IMG/VR virus record: IMGVR_UViG_3300033555_000001
Coordinates: 160,001-224,000 of that record
Origin: a virus
Lineage: Duplodnaviria; Caudoviricetes
Strand: one strand, 5' to 3'
DNA: 64,000 nt
Below are positions 36,863 through 46,561 of the stretch, piece by piece (within the stretch, counting starts at the first letter, position 1; every line of letters begins with the position of its first letter). The notes below the pieces were generated by a model. The model was not told where the DNA came from. It saw nothing but the letters and a program-made list of their open reading frames with translations, and made no database searches. A program made the position numbers and the translations under genes.

Positions 36863-38800
36863 GTGATTACACCTACAGATCCCGCCATGCTAGATACCTT
36901 TACAGAATTAACTACTCATGACTTGTGGGTAGAGGCTCGTCAATTTGAACTTGAGATGACCCGGCCATCAGCCGATACAGTTAAATTAACGGTGCGACGC
37001 CCAAGTGCGCTGCGTGCGGTTGATGGAGCCGTGATTCTTTTAAGCACACGACCATTTGATCCTAATAATTTTCCAGTTGACGGCCGGCAGTACGCTAATC
37101 CGTCGCAGGTTTTTAATCAAGCTGGAGCTGACGCGATTAATAACGCGCAAGTTGTTGCATTTTATTCTGGCAGTACTGGGAATGCGCTACCAACCGGAAC
37201 TTTAAACGGTGATGTAGTTGCTTTTCCAGAGGGTGAACAGCGGCTAGATCCGTTTGTTGCTGAATTTGCAATTACTGTTACTAACACTGATCCAAACACA
37301 GTGTACTATGCCAGCGTGCACGCGGCCAGTAATGTGCTGCAGTATTTTCCACTTGGTATTCAGTCTTATCCGCTTGACGCCACGGGCGGCGGTCGTGAAA
37401 CAAGTTCCTATACCGGGTCTATTCCATCACTGCCGGGTGCGCCGACCTCTCCAACGCCAGGCATGGTTTATTTTGACCAGCAATTAAATCTAGTGCAGTA
37501 CTGGGATTCAACTCGCGGTGTGTGGATTCCTACTCGTACTGACAGTATTATCTCTGGTGATTTTAATCCCGGGTTACCTGGCCAAGCGTACTTGCTAACA
37601 GGAAACTCTGTTCGGATCTTTGACGGCAAGCGCTGGGTTTCAGCATCACAGGCGAACTTGCAGCTACGGCAAGGCGTGCAGTGGATACCACTTAACTCAG
37701 TCTCAGCGCTCATTGAGCTGCCCGCAGCCCCACAACCCGGCGACCTTGTGTACTCTTACACGAGTCAGCGCGTGCAGTACTGGGACGGCTTGGCATGGCA
37801 GATCCCAACTCCTAGCACTACGCTGTTCAGCACAGGTACCACATTTATTCCAGCGTTTACAACGCCCTTTTCAATTGAGCCAGTTGACTTGATTACCCCG
37901 TACATTGGGCTTTTGTTCTATAACTTAAAAGATCACGCGCTATTAGTCTGGGGTGGAGCAGGTTGGGAGCAAGTAAACACGGCTCAGGCCGGCGTTTCAA
38001 CAACAAATAAAATTGGTATTGGCGACGATGGTACCTATGAGTCCAGACTGCGAACAATCAATAATCTTAAATCTCAGTTAGGCTGGCCAGCGCTCTGTAT
38101 TGAGCTGTCAGAAGAACAGTTTAACGTGGCAATAGACAACGCGCTGGACACTTACCGCCAGTTGTGTATTGGCGCGTACGAGCAGAAATTTATGATCTTT
38201 ACGCTTATGAAAGATCAGGCTGTTTATTACCTGAACTCGCAAGTAGACCGTACTGACGCAGTAGTAACCGTAATGAAAGTACACCGGTTAAATTTAGCCG
38301 GAGCCACTGGTGGCGGTCCAGAGAACGTTTGGGGCCAGGCATTTGCGCAGAATTTTTACAACATGTCAGGTGGGGGCGGTGACTTGCTGAGCTCGCACTT
38401 AGTGCACGCGTGGTCGGAGGAGTTCAACAGAATTTTTGCAGGTGATATTCCGTTTATCTGGAATGAGGCCAGGCGTGAATTGACGCTAAAGAGAGCAATC
38501 AGAGCCGGTGAAAAAGTAGTGCTTGAAGTTGAGCTTGAACGATCTGAACAAGAGTTACTGCAAGACCGGTGGTGTAAGCAGTTTCTTCAGAATTGGGCGC
38601 TTGCTGAGTGCAAAGAGTACTTGGGGTTAATTAGAACAAAGTACTCCAGCGGAACTCCTGGGCCGGCTGGTTCAATTACGCTGAACGGTGACACACTGCT
38701 CGCTGAAGCACGTCAGGACTTTGCTGAGCTTAAGCAGGGTATTCTTGATTATGAGTACCAGAACGCAGAGCATGGTAACGTATCTTTTGGAATGTTTTAG
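36863..38800 (+). CDS. Neck protein gp13-like with long N-terminal repeat extension
   Basis: The C-terminal third (LKSQLGWPALCIELSEEQF...WALAECKEYLGLIRTKY...LNGD) is gp13-like. True start may be ATG 36887. Confidence 0.85.
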   Translation: MITPTDPAMLDTFTELTTHDLWVEARQFELEMTRPSADTVKLTVRRPSALRAVDGAVILLSTRPFDPNNFPVDGRQYANPSQVFNQAGADAINNAQVVAFYSGSTGNALPTGTLNGDVVAFPEGEQRLDPFVAEFAITVTNTDPNTVYYASVHAASNVLQYFPLGIQSYPLDATGGGRETSSYTGSIPSLPGAPTSPTPGMVYFDQQLNLVQYWDSTRGVWIPTRTDSIISGDFNPGLPGQAYLLTGNSVRIFDGKRWVSASQANLQLRQGVQWIPLNSVSALIELPAAPQPGDLVYSYTSQRVQYWDGLAWQIPTPSTTLFSTGTTFIPAFTTPFSIEPVDLITPYIGLLFYNLKDHALLVWGGAGWEQVNTAQAGVSTTNKIGIGDDGTYESRLRTINNLKSQLGWPALCIELSEEQFNVAIDNALDTYRQLCIGAYEQKFMIFTLMKDQAVYYLNSQVDRTDAVVTVMKVHRLNLAGATGGGPENVWGQAFAQNFYNMSGGGGDLLSSHLVHAWSEEFNRIFAGDIPFIWNEARRELTLKRAIRAGEKVVLEVELERSEQELLQDRWCKQFLQNWALAECKEYLGLIRTKYSSGTPGPAGSITLNGDTLLAEARQDFAELKQGILDYEYQNAEHGNVSFGMF

Positions 38801-38910
38801 GAATGATTTAAAACCGGCGGCGCGGTCTGTGTATCTTGTAATGCCTAAATACAAAACACTATTTGTCACCTAATGCCTCTATAATCGCGCATTTGCAACA
38901 TGGAAACTAA

Positions 38911-40791
38911 ATGACTCTGCCTATTACCAAATGTCCTGAAGGAGTTGGATCTATCTACGCCGATGGAACACGCACTGTGGGCGGTGTAGTTCCAGGCGGA
39001 TCAGTCGTTGGTGCCAGCACCGGTAACAGGTACACGCACACAAATCCATACGTGACGCCTGACATCTGCCTTGGCACTTTTAATCTGCTGGACTGTCAAG
39101 ATCTCTACCAGGAGCAATTGGCCGCTGAAAATTTAAATATCAGCGGTGCTCCATTAAACGTCTTTAAACTGCTTGGCGTACACGAGCAGGGAAAATTAAT
39201 CGATTTAGTCGGTGGTGGTCAGGCGCTAAACAGTACGGCACCTGCGTTTGACACCTTAGAATCAAACTGGGTGAGCGACCAGACGGGCATGGGGGTACTG
39301 ACTGCGCCATCATGGATTGGTTATGACTTTGGCACTATTAAGACTTCATTTGGACAAGACACCACTGCACCTGGATCACCAGCCGCCCAGCACATTACCT
39401 CTCTTAGAATAAGTCAGCCATCTAATGGTCGCCGCGCCCTACAAATAAGAGTAGATCGCAGTACTGGTGGCTTTGCGGTGGATCCACTTAAGGTGCAGTA
39501 CACTGGAACCGGTACTGGCTATTTTGCCGATTTTGCGTCAGGTGCCGGTGCCACCCCGGGATCTTTTATGCTCCTGGCTAATACTCCCACAAGCTTTACC
39601 GTTTACTACACCACGGCCACAACGGAGGTGGTAGGCGTGCTTACCGTTGGCGTTAGATTCAATTCACCATACGGTTCTTTTGTTGTACAAGCTGGCGCTG
39701 TGCCCTTTGGTGTTGGCGACATGTTCAGAGTGCCAGTTGAGCTTGAGTGGTACCGAGTTGATGTTGTTAACTTGCCAGACGTTCCAACCCCTGCGTTAAT
39801 TCGTATTAAGCAGTCATCGCCCTCGCGGTACTGGCGTGTTGTGCCAACATCGTTCAGCGGCGTCACGAGCGGTGAGGCGTGGGAAGTTGAGCAATTAGAA
39901 CTCTTTGACTTTCAAGCCACTCGTCTTGACGATGTTCAGGATCAGTTGTTTCTTGAAAACAGGGATCGGGACTATGCTAAACAGTCAGTGCAGTTTAAGG
40001 TAACTTACCAGCCATTTGACTCGCAGTCTGATCTCTCCAAATTCGGCTTTCAAGTATCAGACATTTATTCGTTTACTACTGTATTCAGCACAATGGTGCG
40101 TGCTCTTGGCCGGCCAATTGTAATTGGCGACGTGCTTGAAGTACCAAGTGAAATGCAGTACGATCACAACCTACGGCCAGTCCGAAAATTTCTAACGGTT
40201 ACTGATACTGGCTGGGCCAGTGACGGTTATACCACAAGCTGGCGGCCTATTACCTTTAAATTTCAGGCTGAACAGCTAATCCCAAGCCAAGAAACCAGAG
40301 ATATATTGGGAACGGTAGACACGCAAAAGTACGCCATTGATGACAGCGACTTTTTTGCCGGTATTCAGCAAATTCAAACTGGCCCGCTTACCTCCACCGA
40401 GGCAACAAACGCTGAGGCCGCCCTTGCAACGCCGGAAAAAGGCGAGCAATCACGTGAACTGGCCTCTGGAACAAATAGATTCCAGCGCCCTGGCAGCACA
40501 GATCAAGTAGGCCTCTACGTTGAAGATGGCCTGCCGCCCGGCGGCTTACCGTACACCGAAGCCTTTAAGCTGCCAGATGTAGGTGGTGCAGTTGACGGCC
40601 AGTATTTCAGGCTGAACTACGATCCAAAATTAAATATTGCTTCTCGACTGTACAAATTTAATGGTATTAAAAATACCTGGATGTACGAGGAAACTGACCG
40701 CCGCAGTGAACGCAACAGCATGAAACCATCGCAGCGTGAAGTGTTTAACCAACCTATTGTTGCATCGCTTACCACAAAGAGGATTACATGA
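38911..40791 (+). CDS. Neck protein gp14-like with inserted domains
   Basis: ENLNISG, LFLENRDRDY, DLSKFG and RPIVIGDVLE motifs. Confidence 0.8.
   Translation: MTLPITKCPEGVGSIYADGTRTVGGVVPGGSVVGASTGNRYTHTNPYVTPDICLGTFNLLDCQDLYQEQLAAENLNISGAPLNVFKLLGVHEQGKLIDLVGGGQALNSTAPAFDTLESNWVSDQTGMGVLTAPSWIGYDFGTIKTSFGQDTTAPGSPAAQHITSLRISQPSNGRRALQIRVDRSTGGFAVDPLKVQYTGTGTGYFADFASGAGATPGSFMLLANTPTSFTVYYTTATTEVVGVLTVGVRFNSPYGSFVVQAGAVPFGVGDMFRVPVELEWYRVDVVNLPDVPTPALIRIKQSSPSRYWRVVPTSFSGVTSGEAWEVEQLELFDFQATRLDDVQDQLFLENRDRDYAKQSVQFKVTYQPFDSQSDLSKFGFQVSDIYSFTTVFSTMVRALGRPIVIGDVLEVPSEMQYDHNLRPVRKFLTVTDTGWASDGYTTSWRPITFKFQAEQLIPSQETRDILGTVDTQKYAIDDSDFFAGIQQIQTGPLTSTEATNAEAALATPEKGEQSRELASGTNRFQRPGSTDQVGLYVEDGLPPGGLPYTEAFKLPDVGGAVDGQYFRLNYDPKLNIASRLYKFNGIKNTWMYEETDRRSERNSMKPSQREVFNQPIVASLTTKRIT
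40768..40791. repeat. 24-nt direct repeat (gp14 3' end; second copy at 41232-41255)
   Basis: CTTACCACAAAGAGGATTACATGA vs CTTGCAACCAAGAGGATTACATGA, 21/24 identical. Confidence 0.7.
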
Positions 40792-41222
40792 TCACGTTTA
40801 AGCAGTATATTAATGAGCAGGTAGCTGTTAATGTACCGCGCGTATTGTTTCATGCTGCACCTAGCAAATATAAACAAGATATTTTAAAACAAGGTCTTAA
40901 GCCTAGTAAAGGCGGCACGACGTTTTTAAATAGAACGTATTCAGCACGCGTTCATTTATGTACTAGGATTGAAGCGGCATGGGACTTCACAATGAGCATC
41001 AACGCACGCCGTGAGCAGGGTGAAGATGAAATTGAGTATGACATTTTCCACATAAACGTTGAAGAGCTTCCAGAAAATACTGAATTTTATACAGATCCAG
41101 CGTTTGACCACTTTGGGGTTTGGACTGAAGGTGTAATTCCGGCAACATCAATTGTTAAAGTTACTAAAGTTGATCATGACTGGGAACCGGATGATGATTA
41201 CTACGCTGGAAAAAATGAATAA
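40788..41222 (+). CDS. ADP-ribosyltransferase-fold (Tpt1/DUF952-like) protein with capsid-targeting-like leader
   Basis: MITFKQYINE; VLFHAAP..YKQDILKQGLKP; RVHLCT; GVIPATSI. Confidence 0.6.
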   Translation: MITFKQYINEQVAVNVPRVLFHAAPSKYKQDILKQGLKPSKGGTTFLNRTYSARVHLCTRIEAAWDFTMSINARREQGEDEIEYDIFHINVEELPENTEFYTDPAFDHFGVWTEGVIPATSIVKVTKVDHDWEPDDDYYAGKNE

Positions 41223-41251
41223 GCAATATAACTTGCAACCAAGAGGATTAC

Positions 41252-41695
41252 ATGAGATTAGATGAAATTAAAAAGCAGCTCACCCGCGCAGAAAAAGACG
41301 CCAAGCGAGATGCTGGTAAGAATGAACTGGCCAAGATTGATGCCGCAAACAAAGAAAAAGCGCTTGCAGCCAGGGATGCTAAGTACAACAACGGTGAGGC
41401 TCTTACAATTAAGCTCCCGGTAATTGGATCTAATGGTAAAATTACTACTCAGGAATTTATAATTGATAACTACCTGAAGCAGCGGCACGCCATGCAGGAT
41501 GTGCGGTTAAAGGATTTGAGCAAAGTGCCAGCTCTGCCCGGCGATCGTAAAGAAAAATCTTCATTTATTATTGACATGAATACCAAACACACAGAAGGTT
41601 CAATTGCCGCGTATTTGCACGGGCTGCCAAGTGGCACAAAACGCAAGGCTGGTGCAGAGCCAAACGATTTTAGACGAGAAGCGTACACGGCGTAA
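41252..41695 (+). CDS. Basic hypothetical protein
   Basis: Leader MRLDEIKK. Confidence 0.55.
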   Translation: MRLDEIKKQLTRAEKDAKRDAGKNELAKIDAANKEKALAARDAKYNNGEALTIKLPVIGSNGKITTQEFIIDNYLKQRHAMQDVRLKDLSKVPALPGDRKEKSSFIIDMNTKHTEGSIAAYLHGLPSGTKRKAGAEPNDFRREAYTA

Positions 41696-41707
41696 CTGGG
41701 ATACATT

Positions 41708-42610
41708 ATGATTAAGCACTATTATTTTGACAACCAGCTTCGCGCGTATTTGCTGCAGTTTATTGCAATTTTCCAGGGGCTGCAAGTCCGTACTGGCCGC
41801 GGTGAGTGCAATGAAGAGCAGTACATCACTGTGCCGTGCGTAGTTGGAAGTAAAGACCGCGTGGTGGCTGCGTTGTTTGCTGGCAATACCCAGAATCGGG
41901 TCTTTAGCTTGCCAACAATGGCAGTACACATGACTGGGCTGTCAGTTGCAAATGATCGGCGAAAAGTTCAGGCACACGTAGATCAACGCGTAATAATGAA
42001 AGCGGGCGGCCAATTTCCAAATGATCTCACGGTTGCAAAGCGCGCCATGCCTATACCGTATGATATGACGGTTGAGCTAGCGCTCTACGCCTCTAATACG
42101 CAGCAACTGCACCAATTACTGGAACAAATTTTAGTCCTGTTTAATCCTGACATTCAGATTCAGAAAAGCGATGGTATGCTGGACTGGACAAAAATTACCA
42201 GTGTAGAGCTGACAGATATTTCAAATGAAGAGAATTATCCAAGCGCCACACAGAACAGAGCTATTGTCTGGACGCTGTCATTTAAGCTGCCAATTTTTCT
42301 AAGCGTGCCAATGGGCATAAAAGACGATGTGGTTCGCCGAGTGATTATTCAAATTGGTTCAATGGACACAATGGTTGTTAACGAAGTAGACGCAAACGGA
42401 GAATTAACGCCGTTTGGTGCGCCACTGGCCAAGATTGATTTTGACACTAGGGAAGTACCTGCGCCAGAAGAGTGCACCTACAATCAAGGAGCAACTCCAG
42501 AAGGTGAGTTAAATGATACTTGGTACAGCGCAGTAACCGCTACAACGCGTCGTTGGGACGGCAGCGCTTGGGTTGTTCTTGAACAGTACTTGCCACCACC
42601 ACGAGCATAA
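41708..42610 (+). CDS. Tail terminator / sheath stabiliser (gp15-like)
   Basis: YYFDNQLRAYLLQF, ITVP, PIPYDMTVELALY and EQILVLFNP motifs. Confidence 0.9.
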   Translation: MIKHYYFDNQLRAYLLQFIAIFQGLQVRTGRGECNEEQYITVPCVVGSKDRVVAALFAGNTQNRVFSLPTMAVHMTGLSVANDRRKVQAHVDQRVIMKAGGQFPNDLTVAKRAMPIPYDMTVELALYASNTQQLHQLLEQILVLFNPDIQIQKSDGMLDWTKITSVELTDISNEENYPSATQNRAIVWTLSFKLPIFLSVPMGIKDDVVRRVIIQIGSMDTMVVNEVDANGELTPFGAPLAKIDFDTREVPAPEECTYNQGATPEGELNDTWYSAVTATTRRWDGSAWVVLEQYLPPPRA

Positions 42611-42611
42611 T

Positions 42612-42953
42612 ATGATTAGATTACCGCGATTAGAACTTTTAGCAGAACGGTTAAATCCAACTGATGGGCTGTTTAACGGTACAGGCCCGCAGTACAGGGC
42701 GGTGCTTCAAGCGTTTAAAAATGCCAATGGAATACAGCAAACTACTGATAAGTGGGCTGTCGCAGAAGATCCGTGGGCCGACAGCGTTTACCTTATAGTC
42801 CGGTGTTCCGACAAGAATGAGGTTACTGGTTTTGTATTTTTTAGAAAAGACAAGAGCACTAAAGTAGTACCTAACTTGCCGCCAAAAATGAGACGAGTTG
42901 GCATGGATGATTTGCTTCAGCACCTGACTGAAATTGGTGCTGAATTTAAATGA
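42612..42953 (+). CDS. Hypothetical protein
   Basis: Starts MIRLPRLELLAE; its stop overlaps the next start. Confidence 0.5.
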   Translation: MIRLPRLELLAERLNPTDGLFNGTGPQYRAVLQAFKNANGIQQTTDKWAVAEDPWADSVYLIVRCSDKNEVTGFVFFRKDKSTKVVPNLPPKMRRVGMDDLLQHLTEIGAEFK

Positions 42954-44527
42954 TTACTTTCAAAGAATACTTGCTGGAGAAAGCCTTGAATAGGGGCGTG
43001 TACCTTGACGTGATTAAGAAGCTCGCTGGTAAGGCGCTAGTCGGCCTTGAGATTGAAGCACGTGTGCCACCAGAATCACCGTCGTTTAGGCTGACAAAAC
43101 CGGCAGATCGGCGAACTGAAGATGTGCGCGAGTACAGCACTCTTGCAGATTTTTCAGAGAGCTTTTTAATCTCACCGACAGTTTTACGACAAATTACAGG
43201 CGACTTTGCTGGTTGGAGTGCCGCTCAAGAAGACGACTGGGTTGAGGACAATTGGGAAAGCTATATTGACGCTGATGAAGTTGAAGCAAGCGGAGACGCA
43301 AGAGCAGAGAAAACTGCCAGACGTGCCGCACTGGGCGATCATAAATCTGCAGATCACGGCTGGTCAGAATGGTTTACAACATTTAAAAATGTGACTGATT
43401 TTTTAGACATATACGAGTTAGAGCCAAAACATGGCTGGGTAGAAGACAACAAGTTCTTGGTGTACATGGCACTAGATGCTGCAGATACCGCTGATTCAAG
43501 TTGGGAGTCTACAGCTAATCACTTTGGTGCCTTGATGTCAGCTGCCATTGGCGACAAAGTAACTGTTAAAGATGCACCAGGTGCTGATTACTCCTCTTGG
43601 AAAATTGTACCAGATACAAGCATTACTAATGGCGGGCTTGGCACCAACACTGATGGTGATCTTACTGGCGTTGGAATTGAACTTGTGTCTCCGCCACTTC
43701 CCGTTGATACAGCAATTGATCAGCTCACCACAATCTTTAAGCTCATGACTGATCAGGGGCTGGACACAAACACGAGCACTGGTATCCACATTAATATTTC
43801 TGTTCCTGAGCTGGCTAAAAACCTAGATCCGCTGAAACTGGTCTTGTTTATGGGCGACGAGCACGTGCTGAAAGTGTTTGATAGATCAGCTAATCTCTTT
43901 ACGCGCTCTCAGATCTCGAGCATTATCGATGGCATTCAAATCACAGGCACTGTTCCATCTACAGGTGCTGAGTTAATGGATGCAGCACGCCAGTCACTCA
44001 GCCAGGCAAAGTACCGATCAGTTAACCTAGGGCATGTTGAAAAAGGATATTTGGAATTCAGAGCGTCGGGCGGCGTGAACTACCACAAAAAATTAGACTT
44101 AATAGTCGATACAATCGGCCGTTGGTTAACTGTAGTTGATATTGCTACAGATCCTGCTCTACTTAGAAATGAGTACCTTAAAAAAGTTGCAAAGTTATTA
44201 GGCCGTACTAGCGCTGAAAAAGATAAAGCACAGCACTCTGATGTAAGTTTAAAAGAACTTGTGATTAGTACTGCACGCAATAAAGAGGATGGAGAATCCC
44301 TATGGATTGACTTGCAGCAGCGTTCTGTGGTTGGTTTTGACGCATTAGCTAAATTCGCTATTAACGTTGCAAGAAGCTCGATATCAAAGCCAAGTGTTAA
44401 ACAAATTATGGATGTTAAAAATTTATTTAAGACTCTGTCTGTTACTGTTGCGGATATGGTTGAACAAGATCCAGATGTTGAAGTTCTGTTTAACAGATTC
44501 GCAGAGATGTTTAAACTACAAAAGTAG
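42950..44527 (+). CDS. Putative amidoligase (COOH-NH2 ligase type 2) with capsid-targeting-like leader
   Basis: VGLEIE, WKIVPDTSI, GIELVSPPL, STGIHINIS, KYRSVN and YLEFR motifs; leader MITFKEYLLE. Confidence 0.8.
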   Translation: MITFKEYLLEKALNRGVYLDVIKKLAGKALVGLEIEARVPPESPSFRLTKPADRRTEDVREYSTLADFSESFLISPTVLRQITGDFAGWSAAQEDDWVEDNWESYIDADEVEASGDARAEKTARRAALGDHKSADHGWSEWFTTFKNVTDFLDIYELEPKHGWVEDNKFLVYMALDAADTADSSWESTANHFGALMSAAIGDKVTVKDAPGADYSSWKIVPDTSITNGGLGTNTDGDLTGVGIELVSPPLPVDTAIDQLTTIFKLMTDQGLDTNTSTGIHINISVPELAKNLDPLKLVLFMGDEHVLKVFDRSANLFTRSQISSIIDGIQITGTVPSTGAELMDAARQSLSQAKYRSVNLGHVEKGYLEFRASGGVNYHKKLDLIVDTIGRWLTVVDIATDPALLRNEYLKKVAKLLGRTSAEKDKAQHSDVSLKELVISTARNKEDGESLWIDLQQRSVVGFDALAKFAINVARSSISKPSVKQIMDVKNLFKTLSVTVADMVEQDPDVEVLFNRFAEMFKLQK

Positions 44528-44626
44528 GATGAATTTTGGTGGAACATCCTGCCCGGCCCTAAATACACAGACAAACAACAAGCGATCAATTTTGATCCTT
44601 TTAAATCCAGTAGGAGATTAACAAAA

Positions 44627-46471
44627 ATGGCAACACTCGTTTCCCCAGGTGTTTCAGTCTCAGTCACCAACGAGAGCTTCTTTCTTCCAGTAACTGCACC
44701 TACCGTGCCGGTTATCTTTATCGCCACAAAGAGCGGTAAACTGCAACCAAACGGTATTACCCCCGCAGCTGGTACTCTAGAATTTGGCGTCGTTCGTACG
44801 GTTACTTCGGTCCCACAGTCTGTTGAGCTCTTTGGCGTGCCCCATTTCCGCAACGATGTTTCGGGTAATGAGTTCCACGGTGATGCTCGCAATGAATATG
44901 GTCTCTTGGCGCTAAACCAATTTTTAGCAGCTGGTAATCGCGCGTACGTTGTTCGCGCAAATATTGACCTAACCGACGAACCAGAAACATTCATGTCGCT
45001 GGGAACACCAGGCTTGGTTGGCTCATCTGTTTCGTACAACGGCATTGGCGATGGTTCAATTGAATCAATCACAGCGGTAAGTAATGCCGTGAAGCCTCAG
45101 CTGTTTGCAGTACTGTTTACTTCACCAACGTCCTTTTCGGTTACAGGCGCACTGTCTGGCTACATTGGCGCTGGTAACGTAGATGCTGCCTTTACCTCGT
45201 CTAAAATTAACTTTACTGTTATGTCTGGCGCAGTGCCATTTAGCGCTGGCGACACATTCACGTTTAACATGGCCCATATGGCTGTTGCTGCAGGCAGCAA
45301 TACTGGTAATGGTTCTGTTGTTTCACTAACAGTTGATACACTTGCGCTGCCTGAAACTATTACTGTTCTGATGACATCAGCGTCTGCGTTTCAGGTTAAC
45401 AGCACAGTTTCAATGATTGAAAACGGCGTTGTCGGTTCGGCATTTGATAACAACCGCGTTAACTTTACTGTTCAGGCTGGCACCGTTCCATTTGTTGCTG
45501 GTGATGAGTTCACAATCACTGTAAGTTCAGTAACTGTAAGTGCTCCGCTGGGCGCTAACGATGCAGCAAAACGTGTTGCTATTGTTACCGCACTGCAAGC
45601 CGCAATTAACAGCAATGGTGATGTCCGGTCGGAACTCTATGAGTTTAACTTGATTGCTTGCCCAGGTTATCCAGAAGTTGCAGATGAATTACATTCGCTG
45701 AGCGCGTCAACAAAGCAAGAGTCTTTGGTTATTGCTGACACCCCGTGTGATAAATCACCGGATCAAGTTGCACAGTGGGCACTAACATCTGCTCGTGCTG
45801 CAGGCGAAGACATTGCGTATTACTATCCATGGTGCCTGACATCTAACCTTGACGGCCGCGACGTACTTGGCGCACCATCGGGTACTGCTCTTCGCACCAT
45901 AGCGTTCAGTGATCAACAAGGTTATGTATGGTCTGCTCCAGCCGGAGTATCAAATGGTGTGGTGTCTGGCGTATCTCGTCTGGCCTATATAACTGGCACC
46001 AAGGGTACTGCAACCACGCTGATTGAGACTAATCTAAATCAGGGTCAACGCGATAACCTGTACGAATACGATAAAAACATTAACCCAATCTCGTTCTTCC
46101 CGGGCCGTGGATTTATGTTGTTTGGACAGAAAACTTCAGCACCAGCAGCAAGTGCTCTTGACCGCATTAACGTTGCACGACTGGTTATGTACTTGCGTCG
46201 TACACTGCGCAAAGGTGCGTTGCCATTTGTTTTCCAACCAAACGATCAAATCACACGTGATAACTTGAAAGCCGCAGCCGATGGTATCTTGAATGATGTA
46301 TTGACTAAGCGTGGATTATATGATTTTGCCACTCAGTGCGATACTAGCAACAACACTGCGGTAAGAATAGATCGAAACGAGCTGTGGTTAGACGTTGCAA
46401 TCAAGCCAACGAAAACAGCCGAATTTATTTATATCCCGATCCGTGTTGTTAGTACTGGTGCAAATATCTAA
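44627..46471 (+). CDS. Tail sheath protein (gp18-like)
   Basis: MATLVSPGVSV, KNINPI, ALDRINVARL and PTKTAEFI motifs. Confidence 0.97.
   Translation: MATLVSPGVSVSVTNESFFLPVTAPTVPVIFIATKSGKLQPNGITPAAGTLEFGVVRTVTSVPQSVELFGVPHFRNDVSGNEFHGDARNEYGLLALNQFLAAGNRAYVVRANIDLTDEPETFMSLGTPGLVGSSVSYNGIGDGSIESITAVSNAVKPQLFAVLFTSPTSFSVTGALSGYIGAGNVDAAFTSSKINFTVMSGAVPFSAGDTFTFNMAHMAVAAGSNTGNGSVVSLTVDTLALPETITVLMTSASAFQVNSTVSMIENGVVGSAFDNNRVNFTVQAGTVPFVAGDEFTITVSSVTVSAPLGANDAAKRVAIVTALQAAINSNGDVRSELYEFNLIACPGYPEVADELHSLSASTKQESLVIADTPCDKSPDQVAQWALTSARAAGEDIAYYYPWCLTSNLDGRDVLGAPSGTALRTIAFSDQQGYVWSAPAGVSNGVVSGVSRLAYITGTKGTATTLIETNLNQGQRDNLYEYDKNINPISFFPGRGFMLFGQKTSAPAASALDRINVARLVMYLRRTLRKGALPFVFQPNDQITRDNLKAAADGILNDVLTKRGLYDFATQCDTSNNTAVRIDRNELWLDVAIKPTKTAEFIYIPIRVVSTGANI
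46409..46471. repeat. 63-nt direct repeat: last codons of the sheath gene (second copy at 48465-48527)
   Basis: 58/63 identical by manual alignment. Confidence 0.95.
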
Positions 46472-46493
46472 GTGATATAATAACGTTATAAAC

Positions 46494-46517
46494 AAAGGCA
46501 GATAGTATCTGCCTTTT
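46494..46517 (+). terminator. Terminator after the sheath gene
   Basis: AAAGGCAGATA-G-TATCTGCCTTTT. Confidence 0.7.
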
Positions 46518-46561
46518 CTTTGTCATTATTTTTGAATATTACGCTACCTTAAAAAGTCATT

